DNA of 53,862 nucleotides, from the NCBI GenBank assembly GCA_964567085.1, contig CAZMKU010000001.1:1-53862 (forward strand), written 5' to 3'. Origin of the DNA: an uncultured Clostridium sp. (GTDB lineage Bacteria; Bacillota; Clostridia; Oscillospirales; CAG-272). Numbering within the stretch: position 1 is the first letter of the stretch; each line of letters opens with the position of its first letter. Position numbers and translations under genes: made by a program. Below are positions 48,954-53,862 of this stretch, piece by piece. The notes below the pieces were generated by a model. It ran no database searches and had not been told where the DNA came from. It saw nothing but the letters and a program-made list of their open reading frames with translations.

Positions 48954-49037
48954 AATATAGAACCGCTATATGGTAGGCGCCCAAAGAGCCCCCTTCGTGA
49001 TGCTTCGATTGAAGCATCACGAAAGAACAGATGACTT

Positions 49038-52000
49038 TTATGACGCGGTATGATAATACTCCATCATAATAGCTGCGCCGCCATAATAAAGCGTAATGTA
49101 ATCTCCCGTGTAGAATGCCTCACCGGGACGTGTGCCGCTCGCATCAACGTAGCATCCTGTTTTACCGTCCGTATATGCCGTGCTACCCGTGCTGGTCTGG
49201 AATACGGGAGCGCCCGAAGCGGCATAAGCGTCAACATAGGGATTCTGGAAGGTCGTTCCCGCATAGTTCTTGTAATGCGATACCATGCCCGTCGTGTTCG
49301 TTTCGCCCACACGCGTAAAGGATGCGTTAGTATACGTGCCATTCAAGCTTGTTCCGTCGCCGCCCATACTTACCATGATCATATTTACGGCTTCGACGCC
49401 TTGTATCTTATCCGTCGAAATAAATCCGTGGGGGCCATTCTGACCATTCTGACCGCTGATAAGCGCGCTCATAGCCTTTATATTAGCCGCAAGCTGAGTC
49501 TGACCAACCGCTACGAACCAAGCCTCCTGACCCGTTACGTAAGTATAGATCTCACTCTTGGTGTCCGCAATTACTCTTACGCCGTTCGTCTTGTTATAAT
49601 TCTCTTGGCAATTAGGAGCCTGCACGAGCATTACGGGGCCGCCGCACTTAGCAAGAAGCGAATCGGTAATATTTACTACCTGATCGGGAATATAGCTCCA
49701 CGTATCTTGATTTTTGCCGCCCATCGTTGACTGCAGCTCATTCTCGCTCCAAAGCAAGAGGTGTCCCTGCCATGCGTTGTAGAACTTGACCTTATTGAGA
49801 TTAAGCGTTGTTCCCGCAAATTCAAGAACCAAGGAGGTCATGAACGCGTCAACGTTAACGTTGGTCATATTACAGGTAAGCTCACCCGTCTTATAGCAGC
49901 AAAGACCTCTCATATGTCTTTCGCTTGCAGTCTGGTCGTTGGAGTTGGGGTCGTTATCTCTTGTTGCAAGATCGTTAACATTAAATACGTACTCATCAAA
50001 GGGGTTCGAGTCACCCGCAAGTCCGCGAGCGTTAATGTCAGCCTCTGCAGCATATGTAAGCCTTACCTTGATAAGCGAAGCAGACGAAAATTCGTCGTCG
50101 TTGCCCGCAATACCCTTGGGAGTTACGCAAGGAAGGTTATAGGAATAGATGCTGAAGTAGTTACCGTAGATCTCAAACTTCTTTTCATCGGGAGTAAGCT
50201 CGCGGTGGAATATGCCGAGATGATCGTAGAGGCCCTGCTGTGTTACGCCGTTATTATCCTGATATGTATAAATATACTCGGAGGGAATATCGCTTGTCGT
50301 AACGTCAAGATTACAGTGAAGAACGACACTTGCAAGAGTCGTAGGTCTTGTTACACCGTACTTCTTGAGGAACTTATCAACAGCCTGAACCTGATTGATC
50401 GCGCCCTCGTCACCGTAGAAGCCGTTCGTACAATCGCGGGCGGTGTTCGTAATAACATTCAATTCCCAAGCGTTGTAAATATTATAGCCGTCAACTACGG
50501 TTACGGTGTGCGACTTCGTTACGCTCGCCTTGTCCACGTAGCTTGTGCTGTCCGCAGGCCAGATCTCAAGTCTGAACGTCTTGCCGATCGCCTTGTCAGT
50601 GAAATCGTAAGAGTTCATCGCGGAATCAAACGCTACCATTTCGGTAAGAGCGCTGCCCGTAAGCTCGGTCTCGGAGCCGTCGCCGTTTACAAGATAAACC
50701 TTGGACGACGTAGCAATATTTTTACCGTCGACGTCAACGATATTATCGTTTTCGTCAAGCTGAATAACGTTAAGATAGAAGTAGTAGGGGTTATCGTCGC
50801 CTACGCGGTATGCGCTGGTGCTGTCCTTGTAGTTCTTCGCATAGCTTTCTCTTGCCACGAGCTCGTCGGGAAGAAGCGTGCCGAAGATAAGACCCGAAAG
50901 CGTTGCCGCCTCCTTAACCTCGATCTCCATGCTTCCTTCCTTGTTAAGATAGGAAACCACAAGAGTTACCTTCTTCGCGGAGGAGGTATCAACCGTACCA
51001 ACCACGAGATTGGGATTATTTCTGTTTACGTAAGTATACGTGCCGTCCTCGTAAGTAACCTTAACGGAGATGTCGGACGTGTCAAGCTTCTTACCTACGG
51101 TAACGATACTCAGGACGCCGCCAACGATCTCAACCTTCTCAACGCCTCTTACGTGGATATTTACACTTGTATCCAAGGTTACGGCGCCATCCGCGAACAC
51201 GAAGGAAATAGCCTTCCAGCCCGAGGTGGTAGTGTCAACATTTTTAGGAGTTACGGTCAGACGGGCATCCGTGAAGGGGATAAGATAAACGGCGCCGTTA
51301 TCATAATATACCGAAAGCTTCATAGTTGAATAGTCAACCACGTCGCCCTGATTTACCAACGCGGGAACCGTGTTATTGAGCGCGGAGATGCGCACCGCAT
51401 TGATAACCGTAAGATCTACAGAAGCCGAGCAGCCCTCGTAGGTAACCGTAAACTTACCGCTCTGAGCGTTCGTCTGCTCCGTCTTAACGGAAACGCCAAC
51501 AAGCCCGCTCGCCTTCTTCTGTTCCTTATCACCGTTGGAATAAGTGATGTTAAGAGTAAGGTTGGAGGAATCGGCGTCGTATCCGTTACGAAGGTCGGTA
51601 TCAACGCTGCCTCCGAGAATCGCAATATTCGTTACTACACGAACGTAGTACGTTGCCGTTGCTTCAACGCCCATGCAGCTGACCGTAAGGGTCTTGTAGC
51701 CCTCCTCGGACGTGTCGTAAGGAAGAACCTGAACGTCGCTGTCGTGCGCTACGCGAAGCTCTTCATTCGTGCCGTCGGAGTAAGCCACGATAACCTTGAG
51801 CTTCGAAAGGTCGAGCTTGCCGCCTCTGTCGGCTATAAGGCCCGAGACGCCGTTCAAAATAAGGTAGGACGCGGGAAGAACGGAAACCTCTACGGTCGCG
51901 CTCTTCGTTATGTCACCGTCAGTATAAGTAACTGTGAGAGTCGTCGCACCCGCAACGCTCGTGTCAAGCGCGGATACCTCGTAATTTGTGATCTTCTCAG

Positions 52001-53642
52001 CTTCGCCGTTACTGTATATAGCATATACGGCCAGGCTGCCAAGGTCGTACGTACCGTCAATAACCACGTGATCCTTCCAGCTTCTGATCTCGATGCTCTC
52101 AAGCTCGAGAGGCTCTGCGGAAATTACGTAGTTCTGGGAAAGTGTACCGTACTCGCCGCTGTAGGATACAACGAGAGTCTTATTGCCCTCAACGGTTATG
52201 TCAATATCGTCAACGTTAGTCGTGATACCGTCCGTGAGAAGAACCTCTGTTTCAGCGGTGTTGTTATAAACGCCGTAAACCTTCATACCGCTGATATCAA
52301 TAGCTTCGCCCACAGGAACAACCTTTGCAACGCCCTCAACACGAAGGCTTGTGATCTCACAAACCTTTACTGTGTATTCAAGAGTCTTGTTGAGGTAAGT
52401 AATAGTGAGCTTCTGCTCGCCTGCAACGTTACCGTCAATGCTGCCGATAACAAGGTCAGCCGCGTCAAGATGCACTACCGTGCCGCCCGTGAAGGTAGCA
52501 CTTGCGCTGATGCCGCTAAGGTCAAGAGATTCACCCTTGAGAATTTCCGTCTTGATAGCGCCGCCGTGAACGATAACGAGAGACTCAACGGCTACGACCT
52601 CAACCTCAACGGTCGTCTCAAGTCCGCCATATGCTACGGTAAGAGTCTTCTTTCCGACCGTGGACGTATCAAGCGTGCCAAGAGAAAGGTCGGCTGCGCT
52701 CAGGGTCTTTTCCGAGCCGTCGCTATACGAAGCGACCGCGGTGATCGAGGGAGCTGTGTAAGCGACGTCGATCAGAGCCTTTTCGGGATAAGAGCCCTTA
52801 TTCACTTCGACGGAAAGCACGCCGACTACGGTTACCTTGTAATCAATAGTCTCACCCGCAAACGAAATTGTAAGAGTCTTGTCGCCATAGGTCGTCGTAT
52901 CAAGAGCGCCGAGAGTAAGCTCGGACGCGCCGAGATGCTCCTCGTGATCGTCATTATAAACAACGATAACCTGAAGCGCGGACGTATCGAGAGCCTCGCC
53001 TACGCCAACCTTCTTGGATATCGTCTCCGCATTTACGTGCATAGACTTAATGCCGATAACCTCGTATTCCGCGCTTGCTGTAAGCGTGGGATCGTCAGTA
53101 TAGGTTACGGTAAAGGTCTTCTTGCCCTCGCTCGTTACGTCAACGCCCGTATAGGTGTATTCCTCGGAGTCAAGAACGCCGGTATTGCCGTTGCTGTACG
53201 TAGCCTCGATCTGAAGGCTCGACATATTGGGAGCAATACCGAGATAGTAGGATTCGCTGACAGAACCCGCTACTATCTTGATTGCGGTTACGTATGCATT
53301 GGCATCGGGGTCGATTACGGTTACGCTAACCTTTGCGGATTTGCCGCCGTAGGTAACTGTTACCGACTTTGAGCCCGCAGTCGTCGTGTCGAGCGAGCTT
53401 ACGGTTACGCCGTCTGCGATACCAACCTCTTTGGTAGTACCGTCCTCAAAGGTAGCCTTTACCTTGATTCCCGAAAAATCGGGGGTTTCACCCAAATTAA
53501 CCTGGGTGGGGATACTTCCGCTCACAACCTCGATAGCCGTTACGCCTGTCACCACAGGATCGTCGCTGCTGTCGGGACAAGCCGTAAGACATAACAGCGT
53601 TGCGAGCGCGATCATCATAAAAATAATTAATTTTCTTTTCAT
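49038..53642 (-). CDS. large surface lipoprotein: about 11 bacterial Ig-like repeats plus a C-terminal domain of about 600 aa of unknown function
   Basis: The start is set at MKRKLIIFMMIALATLLCLTAC (lipobox LTAC, AAGGAG RBS 6 nt upstream of the ATG at 53642). The track ORF extends to 53708. Repeats of about 80 aa end in ...K[TS]LTVTY......V.V. The C-terminal part is Asn/Thr/Gly-rich. Confidence 0.88.
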   Translation of the reverse strand: MKRKLIIFMMIALATLLCLTACPDSSDDPVVTGVTAIEVVSGSIPTQVNLGETPDFSGIKVKATFEDGTTKEVGIADGVTVSSLDTTTAGSKSVTVTYGGKSAKVSVTVIDPDANAYVTAIKIVAGSVSESYYLGIAPNMSSLQIEATYSNGNTGVLDSEEYTYTGVDVTSEGKKTFTVTYTDDPTLTASAEYEVIGIKSMHVNAETISKKVGVGEALDTSALQVIVVYNDDHEEHLGASELTLGALDTTTYGDKTLTISFAGETIDYKVTVVGVLSVEVNKGSYPEKALIDVAYTAPSITAVASYSDGSEKTLSAADLSLGTLDTSTVGKKTLTVAYGGLETTVEVEVVAVESLVIVHGGAIKTEILKGESLDLSGISASATFTGGTVVHLDAADLVIGSIDGNVAGEQKLTITYLNKTLEYTVKVCEITSLRVEGVAKVVPVGEAIDISGMKVYGVYNNTAETEVLLTDGITTNVDDIDITVEGNKTLVVSYSGEYGTLSQNYVISAEPLELESIEIRSWKDHVVIDGTYDLGSLAVYAIYSNGEAEKITNYEVSALDTSVAGATTLTVTYTDGDITKSATVEVSVLPASYLILNGVSGLIADRGGKLDLSKLKVIVAYSDGTNEELRVAHDSDVQVLPYDTSEEGYKTLTVSCMGVEATATYYVRVVTNIAILGGSVDTDLRNGYDADSSNLTLNITYSNGDKEQKKASGLVGVSVKTEQTNAQSGKFTVTYEGCSASVDLTVINAVRISALNNTVPALVNQGDVVDYSTMKLSVYYDNGAVYLIPFTDARLTVTPKNVDTTTSGWKAISFVFADGAVTLDTSVNIHVRGVEKVEIVGGVLSIVTVGKKLDTSDISVKVTYEDGTYTYVNRNNPNLVVGTVDTSSAKKVTLVVSYLNKEGSMEIEVKEAATLSGLIFGTLLPDELVARESYAKNYKDSTSAYRVGDDNPYYFYLNVIQLDENDNIVDVDGKNIATSSKVYLVNGDGSETELTGSALTEMVAFDSAMNSYDFTDKAIGKTFRLEIWPADSTSYVDKASVTKSHTVTVVDGYNIYNAWELNVITNTARDCTNGFYGDEGAINQVQAVDKFLKKYGVTRPTTLASVVLHCNLDVTTSDIPSEYIYTYQDNNGVTQQGLYDHLGIFHRELTPDEKKFEIYGNYFSIYSYNLPCVTPKGIAGNDDEFSSASLIKVRLTYAAEADINARGLAGDSNPFDEYVFNVNDLATRDNDPNSNDQTASERHMRGLCCYKTGELTCNMTNVNVDAFMTSLVLEFAGTTLNLNKVKFYNAWQGHLLLWSENELQSTMGGKNQDTWSYIPDQVVNITDSLLAKCGGPVMLVQAPNCQENYNKTNGVRVIADTKSEIYTYVTGQEAWFVAVGQTQLAANIKAMSALISGQNGQNGPHGFISTDKIQGVEAVNMIMVSMGGDGTSLNGTYTNASFTRVGETNTTGMVSHYKNYAGTTFQNPYVDAYAASGAPVFQTSTGSTAYTDGKTGCYVDASGTRPGEAFYTGDYITLYYGGAAIMMEYYHTAS

Positions 53643-53750
53643 TTGTTTCTCCTTAAAAACAGAACATTTCAATGAAAAATGGTGTTTTAATATAATTTTG
53701 ACATTCAATTATATATTAAATTTACAAATATTCAGTTAATAAGTATTCAA

Positions 53751-53862
53751 TTTCAGTATTATTATTGGTTTTCAGTATTCAGTATTGGTATTCAGTATTG
53801 GTATTCAGTATTCAGTATTCAGTATTCAGTATTCAGTATTCAGTATTCAGTATTCAGTATTC
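53751..53862. repeat. heptanucleotide microsatellite (GTATTCA)n with a few TATTGGT variants, truncated by the window edge
   Basis: A perfect run covers 53801-53862, almost 9 units. Imperfect units reach back to about 53751. It begins about 110 nt upstream of the lipoprotein start codon. Confidence 0.95.

Noticed and set aside
48741-49034. 97-aa ORF inside the structured spacer
   Set aside because: It has no RBS. It crosses the bidirectional terminator. Its His/Asn-rich stretch simply reflects the ACATCA repeats.
49761-53372. Two long plus-strand ORFs (522 and 542 aa) antisense to the lipoprotein gene
   Set aside because: They are codon-aligned shadow ORFs. The minus-strand frame encodes a lipobox and regular Ig-like repeats, whereas the plus-strand products have no recognisable features.
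53751-53862. Repeat array at the window edge as a possible CRISPR array
   Set aside because: The unit is only 7 bp, with no spacers and no cas genes. It is a microsatellite.
1-53862. Mobile elements, prophage or a defence island
   Set aside because: I found no integrase, transposase, recombinase, phage structural, restriction-modification, Cas, or other nuclease or helicase defence-type ORFs. I found no flanking tRNA and no long inverted or direct repeats.

Overview
This 53.9-kb window looks like chromosomal DNA from a spore-forming Firmicute. A Clostridia / Oscillospirales-like organism is my inference from spoVT, ylmC/ymxH, a SpoVB-like flippase, cohesin/dockerin-like modules and about 50% GC. 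I saw no rRNA, tRNA, CRISPR array, transposase, integrase or prophage genes.

Most of the window is housekeeping:
- a purine operon on the minus strand (purE-purF-purM-purN-purD-purL, with purL running off the left edge)
- an SOS-regulated dinB
- the UPF0210/ACT gene pair
- rpsB-tsf
- a long minus-strand cluster: ylmC, a degenerate P-type ATPase homologue, a ClpC-like AAA+ protein, cvpA, truA, ecfA1-ecfA2-ecfT, a SAM methyltransferase and ruvC
- DUF951-yfhO-ruvA-ruvB on the plus strand
- a heterodimeric ABC exporter, a MacB-type ABC fusion and a SpoVB-like flippase

The unusual part is the right third (40.2-53.9 kb):
- A two-gene surface operon encodes a 1,898-aa secreted array of more than 35 Cys/His mini-modules. 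It ends in cohesin-like plus dockerin-like domains and is followed by a membrane-anchored cohesin-like partner carrying the same modules.
- spoVT is followed by about 500 nt of hairpin-dense, GC-normal non-coding sequence, a candidate large structured RNA.
- A 1,534-aa lipoprotein has about 11 Ig-like repeats. Its upstream region is a 7-bp microsatellite that runs off the window edge.

Other oddities:
- a PurF homologue without the N-terminal Cys nucleophile
- a P-type ATPase homologue with degenerate catalytic motifs
- a Cys-rich 71-aa ORF placed directly behind a strong terminator

All calls come from reading the sequence and ORF translations by eye. No database search was run.
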